Shown: positions 39,903-48,112 of the stretch, piece after piece
Position numbering within the stretch: position 1 is the stretch's first letter
Layout: each line of letters starts with the position of its first letter
Assembly (NCBI GenBank): GCA_964623635.1
Contig: CAZUUA010000005.1
Location: forward strand, 3,975-67,974
Origin: an uncultured Ruminococcus sp.
Lineage (GTDB): Bacteria; Bacillota; Clostridia; Oscillospirales; CAG-272
Length of the DNA stretch: 64,000 nucleotides
Reading direction: 5' to 3'
Made by a program: the position numbers and the translations under genes
Notes under the pieces: generated by a model
The model's database searches: none
What the model was told of the DNA's origin: nothing
What the model saw: only the letters and a program-made list of their open reading frames with translations

Positions 39903-40581
39903 ACAGTACCCGTCTTATCTTTTCCAGTGCGGCCTTTTCGATCCGTGACACGTACGACCGGGATATCCCCAGCATTTCCGCCACCTCTCGCTGTGCCACC
40001 GGTTTCTCGCCGTTCAGCCCATACCGCAGGGTGACGATCTTTCGCTCTCTGTCGTCCAATCCTTTTGTAATGAACGCCGCCGCTTTGCCCAGCTTGATCT
40101 TGGCGTCGATGTCGTCGGCGATGGTGTCATCCGTACCCATCACGTCCATGTACGTCAGCGGATTGCCGTCCCGGTCGGTATCGATGGTATCGTGAATGGA
40201 CACCTCCTGGGACAGCTTTTTCCGGGAACGAAAATACATGAGGATCTCATTTTGTATGCACCGTGCTCCATAGGTGGCAAATCTGGCGCCATTGTCCGGG
40301 TCAAAGGAGTCGATAGACTTGATCAGCCCAATGGAGCCAATGGACACCAGATCGTCTTTGTCCGGGCTGGCGGCGTAGTATTTTCGCACCACGTGTGCCA
40401 CCAAGCGTAGGTTGTGCTCGATCAGCTTTTCCCGGGCTGCCATGTCTCCTTTGTCTCGCCACATCCGGAATAGTTTGTCTTCTTCCTCTTTTGGCAGCGG
40501 CGGCGGAAACTGCTGTCCCGATGCAGCAGACAGTGCGGTAAACGAAAACCCGGACAGGATCGATAACAGATACGCAAGCAT
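39901..40581 (-). CDS. sigK: Sporulation sigma factor, most likely pro-sigma-K (sigma-E not excluded)
   Basis: A short hydrophobic pro-sequence followed by QFPPPLPKEEE. LIEHNLRLVAHVV, GLIKSIDSF and GISRSYVSRIEK match my recollection of SigK. There is no adjacent spoIIGA or sigG. Confidence 0.65.
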   Translation of the reverse strand: MLAYLLSILSGFSFTALSAASGQQFPPPLPKEEEDKLFRMWRDKGDMAAREKLIEHNLRLVAHVVRKYYAASPDKDDLVSIGSIGLIKSIDSFDPDNGARFATYGARCIQNEILMYFRSRKKLSQEVSIHDTIDTDRDGNPLTYMDVMGTDDTIADDIDAKIKLGKAAAFITKGLDDRERKIVTLRYGLNGEKPVAQREVAEMLGISRSYVSRIEKAALEKIRRVL

Positions 40582-40753
40582 AGGATCTTCTCCTTTTGGT
40601 AGGATGCTATACCATATGCAAACCGCACGGTATTATTTCCCTCACTTGGCAGATATTTTCCCATTTTATTTTCTTTTTGCAGTGTACTTTTCGCCGATTT
40701 CGGGCATACTGTCACCGAAACCCAATTGGATTGCAGAGAAAGGATAATAGCTT

Positions 40754-40957
40754 ATGCTTGACAGAATCGCAACGATCCTTGTGATCATCGGTGCCCTAAA
40801 CTGGGGCAGTATCGGACTCTTTCGCTTTGACATCGTGTCCTGGCTCTTTGGCGGACAGGATGCGCTTTGGGCTCGGATCATCTATGGCGTGGTAGCACTG
40901 GCAGGAATTTGGTGCATCACACTGCTGTTCCGTCCCCGTGTAGAAGAAGCGTACTAA
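40754..40957 (+). CDS. DUF378 family small membrane protein
   Basis: IATILVIIGALNWGSIGLFRFDIVSWLFG is the characteristic DUF378 core. 67 aa. Confidence 0.75.
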   Translation: MLDRIATILVIIGALNWGSIGLFRFDIVSWLFGGQDALWARIIYGVVALAGIWCITLLFRPRVEEAY

Positions 40958-40990
40958 ACGATAGTGAACGCCGATTAGCGTTGACTATAC

Positions 40991-41041
40991 AAAAACGACA
41001 GTCCTTCGTAGCTATGTTGCTCCGTTGGGCTGTCGTTTTTT
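40991..41041. terminator. Bidirectional hairpin between the DUF378 gene and the convergent permease gene
   Basis: AAAAACGACAG...CTGTCGTTTTTT: a 7-bp stem with a large loop, flanked by an A-run and a T-run. Confidence 0.55.
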
Positions 41042-41048
41042 CACCTAT

Positions 41049-43487
41049 TTATTTGGCAAAGGCATCCAGCACGAATTGGGGTACCTTTCCGGCAAGGAAT
41101 TCGCCGGCAATGCTTCTGCCATCGGGTACGGTCATTTTGCCATCCTTGAGGTTGTCGATGGAATATTTGCGTGCCACAATCAGGTAGCCTTGTTCCACCT
41201 TACCGGCAGGACCGTACACGTTGGTCAGCGTGGTTTGCTCTAAAATCTCGGCAGGAGCATCCACATACAGCGCACGACCGGTATCCGCTTCGATCACGTA
41301 TACACCGGTGTAGTGGTCCGTTACCCAGTCCATGATCGTCTCACCGCTTTCGTACAGCGTATAGTCCGTATACCGCAGCTGATCATAGTACTCTCGCATA
41401 CTGCTGGCAAACATGGCGTCTGCGGGAACACCGTAGCTGGACAGGAAGGACGGCATTTCGTCCCAGAAGGACAGCCACTGGTTCCAGAACGGCGTCATAC
41501 CGGCGTACAGGGGATACGTGACATAGCTGCCATTGTGGCAGACCTGCAATGCGCCGATCACAGGGGTACTTGTCATGGAGGTGTCAAACTGTCCGGCGGC
41601 ATGGATCAGCTCTTCCAGCTTTTGGTAATAGGCAGCGGAGGCCTCCGGAAAATCGATCACGGAAGAGCCAAGCAGCAGCCACATGGATTCGTCTGCAAAT
41701 TCGATACTCAGATCGTATACGGCATCCATAGACACCGTTGCCAGATCGAGGTACTGGTTCTGGTAGGCGGTCATCTTTTCGAGCTTGTCGAAGATCGCTG
41801 CATCTGGGGAGATCTCCACGCACCGCATCCACCGATGGACCGGCAGACCATGCTTCGGATATACGCTGACCTGGATGCGATAGTTCGTATAGGTGTAGTT
41901 GCCGCCATACTCGTAGTCGTACCGATACTGCACGCTTTCCCGCACGGCGGTCGTTTTCGTCATGCTCGATTCCCGAATGACATCAATATCATCTACATAC
42001 TTTAGATCATCAAACAGTCCACCGCTCATCCAGCTGTAGATCTCCTGCTGAGAGGTGCCATCGACAGCGGTCAGGCAACGATCCTTGTACAGCGTTTTGA
42101 GCATCTTTTCTGCTTCGCTGCTGTTCTGTCCGATCACCTTGTCGGGGTCGATGTAGAATGCGGTCGAATCTGCATAAGCATTGTTGGCTTCGTTGTTTTC
42201 GCCTGTGGTCATGTTTTGGATGTACGGCATCACGGCGGCAATGTCGTCTTTGTCGGTCAGCTCCAGAGTCATGCTGTTCCACTGGATCGTGACGGACTCC
42301 ACTTTGTCTGTGGGATACATGAAGGTATTAAAGTCGAACACATCGTACAGGAATACCGCCAGGAACACGGCGACCACCACGGCCGTTGCGCCCAGTCCCG
42401 GCAGGCCTTGGAACATACTTTTGGTATTCCGGGCGATCAGGACATTCATGAGTAAGAAGGACAGCACCAGCCCACACAGGCAGCCAAACAGTGTCCACGA
42501 ACCACCTTTTCCCATGAGCGCCCGGAAGAACAGCGCACCACCGGCACCGCCTACAAAGATCACCGGATACTTGACGATGGAGCGCAGCTTCTTCCAGATC
42601 AGGGAATTCTCCGACAGCTCACTGCGGCGGATCCGGTGGAAGTAGTAGCCAAGGCCGTAGTAGACAGCAGCGGTCAGGTACAGCGTGCCCACCTGTGCCA
42701 AAGTCTGCCAACCTGTATAATACAGACCATTTACCACGTTATCGATCTCTCCGGCGGCGGCAAAGAACACGTAATAGAGATTCACTGCCGGGCACAGGAA
42801 CCGCATGGCAGTATCGCTAGTGTAGTGATCCACCTGAATGTGGTCCATACCGTATCCCACTGCCAGGATCACCAAAGCGTACAATAGGATCGGCAGAAAG
42901 GCGATCAGTCCGGCTACGATGAAGCGGAAGATGGCGGTACCGGTCAGCGAACCGGACAGCTGGAACAGGCTGAACACCACCAGATACCCACCGATCCCGG
43001 CCAGGATCAGCATCATACCTTTGCCAAAATGTTCGCCGTCTATGCCCAAACGGATGGCGATACACAGCGTACCGATCAGCATTGCGCCCAGACCGGAGAC
43101 CAGATAATAGATCCCCTGCACGGCACTGCCGGTCACGTACAGCGCATCTCGGGTCAGGGGCAGGCTATGGTAGCAATGCACAGCCCGGCGGGAATTGACG
43201 TACCCGGTGGCGCTCATCCCGGCGAACACACCCAGCACGCAGGACACCACCGCAAAAATTGCCGACACTTCTAAGAACAGCTTGCTGCCTTTGACGAGCA
43301 TGGTGGAGCCACCATACCGGCGCAGGTCACTGAGCGCACTGTCCACACCGATGATACTGGTGACCACACAGGCCAGCAGCATGACGATGGCATAGAACAT
43401 GAACTGCTGCCAGTTTTGTTTCAGTCCAAAGCGGAGCCAGGACAGATGATTTTTCGGTTTATCCAAGGATCTGACTGGTGAATTCAT
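41049..43487 (-). CDS. Large ABC-transporter-associated membrane protein: multi-TM N-terminal half plus a soluble C-terminal domain of about 420 aa
   Basis: The hydrophobic N-terminal half (about 390 aa) has many predicted TM helices. The C-terminal half is hydrophilic. It overlaps the upstream ABC ATPase gene by 29 nt, with GGAGGAAAGAGGG before its ATG. Confidence 0.6.
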   Translation of the reverse strand: MNSPVRSLDKPKNHLSWLRFGLKQNWQQFMFYAIVMLLACVVTSIIGVDSALSDLRRYGGSTMLVKGSKLFLEVSAIFAVVSCVLGVFAGMSATGYVNSRRAVHCYHSLPLTRDALYVTGSAVQGIYYLVSGLGAMLIGTLCIAIRLGIDGEHFGKGMMLILAGIGGYLVVFSLFQLSGSLTGTAIFRFIVAGLIAFLPILLYALVILAVGYGMDHIQVDHYTSDTAMRFLCPAVNLYYVFFAAAGEIDNVVNGLYYTGWQTLAQVGTLYLTAAVYYGLGYYFHRIRRSELSENSLIWKKLRSIVKYPVIFVGGAGGALFFRALMGKGGSWTLFGCLCGLVLSFLLMNVLIARNTKSMFQGLPGLGATAVVVAVFLAVFLYDVFDFNTFMYPTDKVESVTIQWNSMTLELTDKDDIAAVMPYIQNMTTGENNEANNAYADSTAFYIDPDKVIGQNSSEAEKMLKTLYKDRCLTAVDGTSQQEIYSWMSGGLFDDLKYVDDIDVIRESSMTKTTAVRESVQYRYDYEYGGNYTYTNYRIQVSVYPKHGLPVHRWMRCVEISPDAAIFDKLEKMTAYQNQYLDLATVSMDAVYDLSIEFADESMWLLLGSSVIDFPEASAAYYQKLEELIHAAGQFDTSMTSTPVIGALQVCHNGSYVTYPLYAGMTPFWNQWLSFWDEMPSFLSSYGVPADAMFASSMREYYDQLRYTDYTLYESGETIMDWVTDHYTGVYVIEADTGRALYVDAPAEILEQTTLTNVYGPAGKVEQGYLIVARKYSIDNLKDGKMTVPDGRSIAGEFLAGKVPQFVLDAFAK

Positions 43488-44385
43488 ACCCTCTTTCCTC
43501 CATTTCCGTAATAAATATCTCTTCCAGCGTCATGGGAATATATTCGCAGAACAGCGGCGACGTTTCCCGGAACCAGGGAGTCAGCCCTTCCTCCGAGCCA
43601 CGCACGATCAGCGTGAACAAGCTGCCCCGGCGTTCCATAGACGATGGATACAGCTCCCGCAGCTTTTCGGTCATTTTGTCGCATTCGTCCTTTCGGTAGG
43701 ACACCTGCACCTTGACCATGTTGGTGCGAATGTCGTCCAGCTCTCGCTCGAACAGCAATTCCCCTTTGTGCAGCAGACCGATGTGGTCCGCCATATCCTC
43801 CATTTCCCGGAGGTTGTGGGAAGCCACCACACAGCACAGGTTTCGTTCTGCCACATCCTCGATGATCAGGCTTTTCACCAGCTGCCGCATGACCGGGTCC
43901 AGACCGTCAAAGGTCTCGTCGCAGAACATATACTGCGGTCGGCAGGACAGTCCAAGCAGCATGGAGACCTGCTTCTGCATACCCTTGGAAAAGGTGGTGA
44001 TGCGGCGTCTGGGCTCCAGTCCGAATTTTTCTACAAGTGCCGCATATCGTTCCTCGGAGAAGGTGGGATACAGGCTCTGGTAGAAGGCCTTCATGTCGTG
44101 CATGGTGGCGTGGGGCAGAAAATACGGGTCGTCGGATAGATACACGATCTGCTGCTTTACGGCGGTATTCTCCCACACCGGCTCGCCTTCGTACCGGATC
44201 GTACCGCTGTCCGGCTGATAGATCCCGGAAAGCACACGCATAAGTGTAGATTTGCCGGAACCGTTGGAGCCGATCAGTCCATAGATGCTGCCGTCTGCCA
44301 CGGAAATGGATACATTCTGTAGGCTGCGCACGACCTGGCTTCCCGGCGCTTCAAAGGTTTTGCAAATGGATTCTGCATGGATCAT
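43459..44385 (-). CDS. ABC transporter ATP-binding protein
   Basis: Walker A GSNGSGKSTL, signature FSKGMQKQ (a degenerate LSGGQ), and Walker B MFCDETFDGLD. Confidence 0.85.
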   Translation of the reverse strand: MIHAESICKTFEAPGSQVVRSLQNVSISVADGSIYGLIGSNGSGKSTLMRVLSGIYQPDSGTIRYEGEPVWENTAVKQQIVYLSDDPYFLPHATMHDMKAFYQSLYPTFSEERYAALVEKFGLEPRRRITTFSKGMQKQVSMLLGLSCRPQYMFCDETFDGLDPVMRQLVKSLIIEDVAERNLCCVVASHNLREMEDMADHIGLLHKGELLFERELDDIRTNMVKVQVSYRKDECDKMTEKLRELYPSSMERRGSLFTLIVRGSEEGLTPWFRETSPLFCEYIPMTLEEIFITEMEERGYEFTSQILG

Positions 44386-44804
44386 TGCACGTCCCCTCCT
44401 TCGTTTTTCTCTTTTGCTTCTGCGATGGTCTTATGATTCTCCCAGGCCTTTTTTGCCAACTCGAGAAATTCCGCTTCGGTGATGCCGGTGGACACCGCTT
44501 CTCTGGCGATGGCTGACAACGCCTCTTCGGTCATGGCCAGCTGTTCCTTCCGCAGGTCATCGGTCTCTGCCAACACCACACTGCCCCGTCCCGGCAAGGT
44601 CAGGATCACGCCCTGGCGTTCCAGCTCGTTGTAGGCCTTTTGGATGGTATTGGGATTGATGCACAGCTCCTTGGCAAGGGCCCGGACAGATGGCAGCTTT
44701 TCGCCAGGACGGATCTCCCCGGACAGGATCAGCTTGCGGATGTTGTCGATGAGCTGCTCGTACAGCTGCTTCCGATCCCGCAGATCTACGGTGATATACT
44801 GCAT
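44382..44804 (-). CDS. GntR family transcriptional regulator, short YtrA-like subfamily
   Basis: Winged-HTH KLPSVRALAKELCINPNTIQKAYNELERQG, with a short C-terminal tail of about 60 aa. Start refined to ATG 44804, which follows AAAGGAG. ATGA overlap with the ATPase gene. Confidence 0.8.
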   Translation of the reverse strand: MQYITVDLRDRKQLYEQLIDNIRKLILSGEIRPGEKLPSVRALAKELCINPNTIQKAYNELERQGVILTLPGRGSVVLAETDDLRKEQLAMTEEALSAIAREAVSTGITEAEFLELAKKAWENHKTIAEAKEKNEGGDVQ

Positions 44805-44885
44805 ATTCCTGCTTGCACTCCTTTCTGTGATGGATATTTTCTGTATCGCTCGTATTAACTGTATCACTTGTATTAGTACAGTTGG

Positions 44886-44914
44886 ATTATACCACACATT
44901 GCCAGCGTTGTCAA
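44886..44914 (-). promoter_or_regulatory. Consensus sigma70 promoter for the gntR-ABC operon
   Basis: The reverse strand reads TTGACA-N17-TATAAT with a TGG extended -10. Confidence 0.65.
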
Positions 44915-45047
44915 GAGGGTACGCAAAAGTTTTGGATTTTCCATTTGGGCAGATGTCGTTTTTTCATAAAATCCCGGAAAGGTACTTGCTTTTTCGGCAG
45001 AATATGGTATAATGGAGGGCAGATCACCGAGATAGCAGGAGAACGAT

Positions 45048-45737
45048 ATGGATCCACATTATACACGATTTTTGGGCGCACTGGCCGGAGAGATCGGCGC
45101 CCCGGTGCTGTTTGAACCCTTTGTACCGGTGTACCTGACAGAGCAGCTGATCTGGCGGCGTGGCGAGCATCTTTGGAACACCATACCAGCCTACATAGAC
45201 ACCCTTTTGTCGCTTCGTGAACGAACCTATGCCGACGTGGTCATCGCCGATATGCGTGGGTTTGGCGATGCACTGGCCGACGAAATGGCACAGCACATGG
45301 CAGCTCTTGCCACCGATGCCATTCGCTTTGTAGCACTGTGCGCTTCCTCTGTACAAATGCGGGCAGCACTGTCGTCCACCGGCGTTTGTGCAGTGGGTCT
45401 ATATGGCTGGCAGGACTGGCTGTCAGATGTACCACAGGCCGCCATTGCCATGGATGGAGAAGTGGAGGATGCCGTGTCCCGTGGGTTTGCCGGTTGGTAT
45501 TGTCCCGGTGGCGCCGAAGAAATGTGGGATCTGTGGCACGATCGGATCGCCATTGCCGGTGGACTGGGCTGCGACTGGCTGCGGCGTGGGCAACCGGTGG
45601 AGATCCACAATCGGTGTGAGACCCTATTCCGGCATACCAAAAACAGTCGGTATCTGGTGGGCTCCGGCGGCGAAACGACCAAAGAGGATTATTTGTCTCT
45701 CATTTCCCTGCTGGGGATCTATCGGAAGTATCGGTGA
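45048..45737 (+). CDS. Hypothetical protein (229 aa); a weak impression of a URO-D/methyltransferase-like TIM-barrel fragment
   Basis: Good RBS (GCAGGAGAA) and coding-like composition. I recognised no signature motif with confidence. Confidence 0.45.
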   Translation: MDPHYTRFLGALAGEIGAPVLFEPFVPVYLTEQLIWRRGEHLWNTIPAYIDTLLSLRERTYADVVIADMRGFGDALADEMAQHMAALATDAIRFVALCASSVQMRAALSSTGVCAVGLYGWQDWLSDVPQAAIAMDGEVEDAVSRGFAGWYCPGGAEEMWDLWHDRIAIAGGLGCDWLRRGQPVEIHNRCETLFRHTKNSRYLVGSGGETTKEDYLSLISLLGIYRKYR

Positions 45738-45794
45738 GATCGTTTGGACACCGATGCCAAAAATGAAATATCTGTGAATTTCTCCGTTTGCACC

Positions 45795-45823
45795 TTGCAA
45801 GATGGCGCAGAATACGGTATAAT
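45795..45823 (+). promoter_or_regulatory. Sigma70 promoter for yajC
   Basis: TTGCAA-N17-TATAAT. Confidence 0.6.
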
Positions 45824-45864
45824 ATATACTTGAATGCAACAAACCCAAGATCAGGAGGAAAACC

Positions 45865-46188
45865 ATGTTTTATACTTTGGAAGCCACCACACAGGATGCG
45901 GCCAACAGTGCACAGCTGATCTCCACTGTGATCATGCTGGTAGCGATGATCGCTATTTTCTACTTCTTTATGTACAGACCCCAGAAGAAGCAGGACAAGG
46001 AAACCAACGATATGCGCAATGCCCTGCAGGTCGGCGACGAGATCACCACCATCGGCGGCATCATTGGCAAGATCGTATCCATCAAGGATGAGACCGTGCT
46101 GATCGAGACCAGCAACGAGCGGAACAAGATCCGGATCCTGCGCACCGCTGTACGGAATGTTGACGTACACGCCGAGGATGCGGAATAA
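45865..46188 (+). CDS. yajC: Preprotein translocase subunit YajC
   Basis: One TM helix followed by FYFFMYRPQKKQDKE...LQVGDEITTIGGIIGKIVSI, typical of YajC. Confidence 0.9.
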   Translation: MFYTLEATTQDAANSAQLISTVIMLVAMIAIFYFFMYRPQKKQDKETNDMRNALQVGDEITTIGGIIGKIVSIKDETVLIETSNERNKIRILRTAVRNVDVHAEDAE

Positions 46189-46216
46189 AACTGCAACAAA
46201 GGAATATTCCACATCG

Positions 46217-46264
46217 CCTCCGAATATAGTTGTCTGGAACACCATACACATTCGGAGGTTTTGT
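46217..46264 (+). terminator. Hairpin / weak terminator after yajC that contains the next gene's RBS
   Basis: CCTCCGAA-N26-TTCGGAGG followed by TTTTGT. The GGAGG of the 3-prime arm lies 8 nt upstream of ATG 46267. Confidence 0.5.
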
Positions 46265-46266
46265 AT

Positions 46267-46701
46267 ATGGAAAAGAATACCACAAAGGATACCGGTCTGC
46301 ATCGGTGGCTCTTCGGGCTTGGCAAGGCACAGCTTGTATTTTGCCTCACCGGGCTCCTTCTGCTGCTTTTGGGCACCGGCATAGCCATGGCTACAAAGGA
46401 TCCGGGGTCGCTGCAAAAGCCACTGGCCTACACGGCACTGTGCTTGTCATCCCTTGTCGGTGGGATCGCTGCGGTGCGTTTCACAGAGGATGGACTGCTC
46501 TCCGGCCTACTCTCCGGTACGCTGTCCCTTGGTTTGGTACGGCTCCTGTCTCTGGCACCACTACCGGCATCTGCCATGGAAATGATCGAATTTGTGTGCT
46601 TTCTTTGCCTGATCCCGGCTTTGTCCCTTTGTGGTGCAGTGGTAGGCAAACGACGCAAAAAGAAACACAATCCAAGGCACCACCGCTCAATGCACAGCTA
46701 A
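46267..46701 (+). CDS. Small multi-TM membrane protein (YrzE/TIGR04086-like)
   Basis: Four hydrophobic segments and a basic C-terminal tail KRRKKKHNPRHHR. The family assignment is from memory and is tentative. The ORF-track start at 46261 is a TTG codon. Confidence 0.55.
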   Translation: MEKNTTKDTGLHRWLFGLGKAQLVFCLTGLLLLLLGTGIAMATKDPGSLQKPLAYTALCLSSLVGGIAAVRFTEDGLLSGLLSGTLSLGLVRLLSLAPLPASAMEMIEFVCFLCLIPALSLCGAVVGKRRKKKHNPRHHRSMHS

Positions 46702-46758
46702 CGCCTGGATGGTGCCTTCAGAAAATACCCCAATTTGTAAAAAACGAGGTCGTGCTCT

Positions 46759-47655
46759 ATGCTTTACACGTACAAAAAAAATGGCGTCCGGCTGGCGGTA
46801 CATACACGCACCGGGATCACGCACATTCTGGATAGTTTGACTTTTGATATGCTGGCACAGTTTGCCGACGAAACTTCCCTGCCGGAGGAGCTGCCCATGG
46901 GTACCCGGTATTTCTTTGCCAAATACGACTCCGGGGATCTGAAAAAGGCATACGCCACGGTACGAGAGATCTACCGGCTGGAAGACGAAGAAAGTGGCAG
47001 TACAGCGGAAAGCCCGGTGGCCGGTGCGGTGCTGACTCCGGCTGTGCTGGGGGAACGATATGAAGAGCTCTTGCGCACACTGCCATCGGACGCTTCCCTG
47101 CTGCTCATTTTGAACGAAAACGACAACGCAGACGACATCCTGACAAAGACACGTGAGATCCTGCCACAGGTCAAGATCACGCTGCGTGCGCCGCTCTGCC
47201 TGTGTCACGGTGCCGATGCGTATCAGGTGGTGGTCGGGGACCTTGCGTCCTTTGCCGGAACAGAGCTGCCGCAAGATGCCGTGGTATATGCCACCTTCAC
47301 AAGAGACACCGATCTGTCGGCAGAGGTCACCAGACTGCTAGATGCCGGATATGGGGTCTGTGCAGTGCCGGAGGTATCTATGGATCCGGAGACTGCCATT
47401 CAAGCCTACGATGCCCTTTCCCGCACTTTGACCCGTCGGAAGCGGACGGACAAAGCCTTTCGCTTTTTGCCCTTTGCCTTGCAGGAGAACCTTGGCAGCT
47501 GGATGCTGAACGACACCGTTGTCTCCGCCGATCCGGACACGCTGCCCGGTGGATTCTGGCAATACGGCGCACTGATGCATCTGGCCGGCGGTATCTCGTC
47601 CCCGGCTGTACTGCGCAGTCTGGTGGAGTCTGCCCTTGTGCTGACACAGGCGTGA
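46759..47655 (+). CDS. Hypothetical protein. The N-terminus resembles the peptide-recognition N-domain of SCIFF-type radical SAM maturases, but no CxxxCxxC motif is present.
   Basis: MLYTYKKNGVRLAVHTRTGITHILDSLTFDML follows the pattern I recall for ScfB N-termini (..NG..IVLDVNSGAVHVVD....D.L). The protein contains only 3 Cys in 298 aa. Confidence 0.4.
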   Translation: MLYTYKKNGVRLAVHTRTGITHILDSLTFDMLAQFADETSLPEELPMGTRYFFAKYDSGDLKKAYATVREIYRLEDEESGSTAESPVAGAVLTPAVLGERYEELLRTLPSDASLLLILNENDNADDILTKTREILPQVKITLRAPLCLCHGADAYQVVVGDLASFAGTELPQDAVVYATFTRDTDLSAEVTRLLDAGYGVCAVPEVSMDPETAIQAYDALSRTLTRRKRTDKAFRFLPFALQENLGSWMLNDTVVSADPDTLPGGFWQYGALMHLAGGISSPAVLRSLVESALVLTQA

Positions 47656-47755
47656 ATCCATGACCACAGCTTCCCTCTGCACATACTTGTCGCCAAAACA
47701 GAACGGCAGGTCTATGGAGAGGGATTTTTTGCTGCATACCCGATGGATCCATTTT

Positions 47756-47790
47756 GAAAAACAAAAAGACGACCCATTTCTGAATCGTCT
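47756..47790 (-). terminator. Intrinsic terminator after tRNA-Leu
   Basis: Reverse strand: AGACGA-N12-TCGTCT followed by TTTTTGTTTTTC. Confidence 0.6.
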
Positions 47791-47795
47791 CATCC

Positions 47796-47880
47796 TGCGG
47801 GCAAGAGGACTTGAACCTCCACCGGTGCAATACCGACTAGAACCTGAATCTAGCGCGTCTGCCAATTCCGCCATGCCCGC
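47796..47880 (-). tRNA. tRNA-Leu (anticodon CAG), class II with a long variable arm
   Basis: Reverse strand: GCGGGCATGGCGGAATTGGCAGACGCGCTAGATTCAGGTTCTAGTCGGTATTGCACCGGTGGAGGTTCAAGTCCTCTTGCCCGCA. The anticodon loop is TTCAGGT. Confidence 0.9.
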
Positions 47881-47921
47881 ATATTTCTTTGTCGTTTGTG
47901 CTCTTGCCTTACGACTTCTAT

Positions 47922-47950
47922 ATTATACACCATTCTTTCCCATTTGTCAA
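47922..47950 (-). promoter_or_regulatory. Consensus sigma70 promoter for tRNA-Leu
   Basis: The reverse strand reads TTGACA-N17-TATAAT. Confidence 0.65.
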
Positions 47951-48049
47951 CCCCTTTTGCAAAAGTTTTTCAAAAACTTTTTTGCATTTCCTGGCAAACA
48001 TTCTGGGGACATACCACCGCAAGTGCTGTGTACCTTTGTGAATTTTCCC

Positions 48050-48078
48050 TTGACTTCTCTGGTGGAGCATGGTATAAT
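48050..48078 (+). promoter_or_regulatory. Sigma70 promoter for the fucosidase gene
   Basis: TTGACT-N17-TATAAT with a TGG extended -10. Confidence 0.65.
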
Positions 48079-48112
48079 AGTACCAAAAAGTGGTGTTCTA
48101 TGGAGGTATGAT

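Noticed and set aside
39901-40581. Possibility that this sigma factor gene is interrupted by, or the remnant of, a skin-like element
   Set aside because: The ORF encodes all the regions (pro-sequence and regions 2 to 4) in one continuous frame of normal length. No recombinase gene is adjacent.
47660-48112. A 150-codon N-terminal extension of the fucosidase ORF, and the 178-aa minus-strand ORF at 47338..47874
   Set aside because: Both traverse the tRNA-Leu gene together with its promoter and terminator. The fucosidase homology only begins at ATG 48113, which has a GGAGG RBS and its own promoter at 48050..48078.
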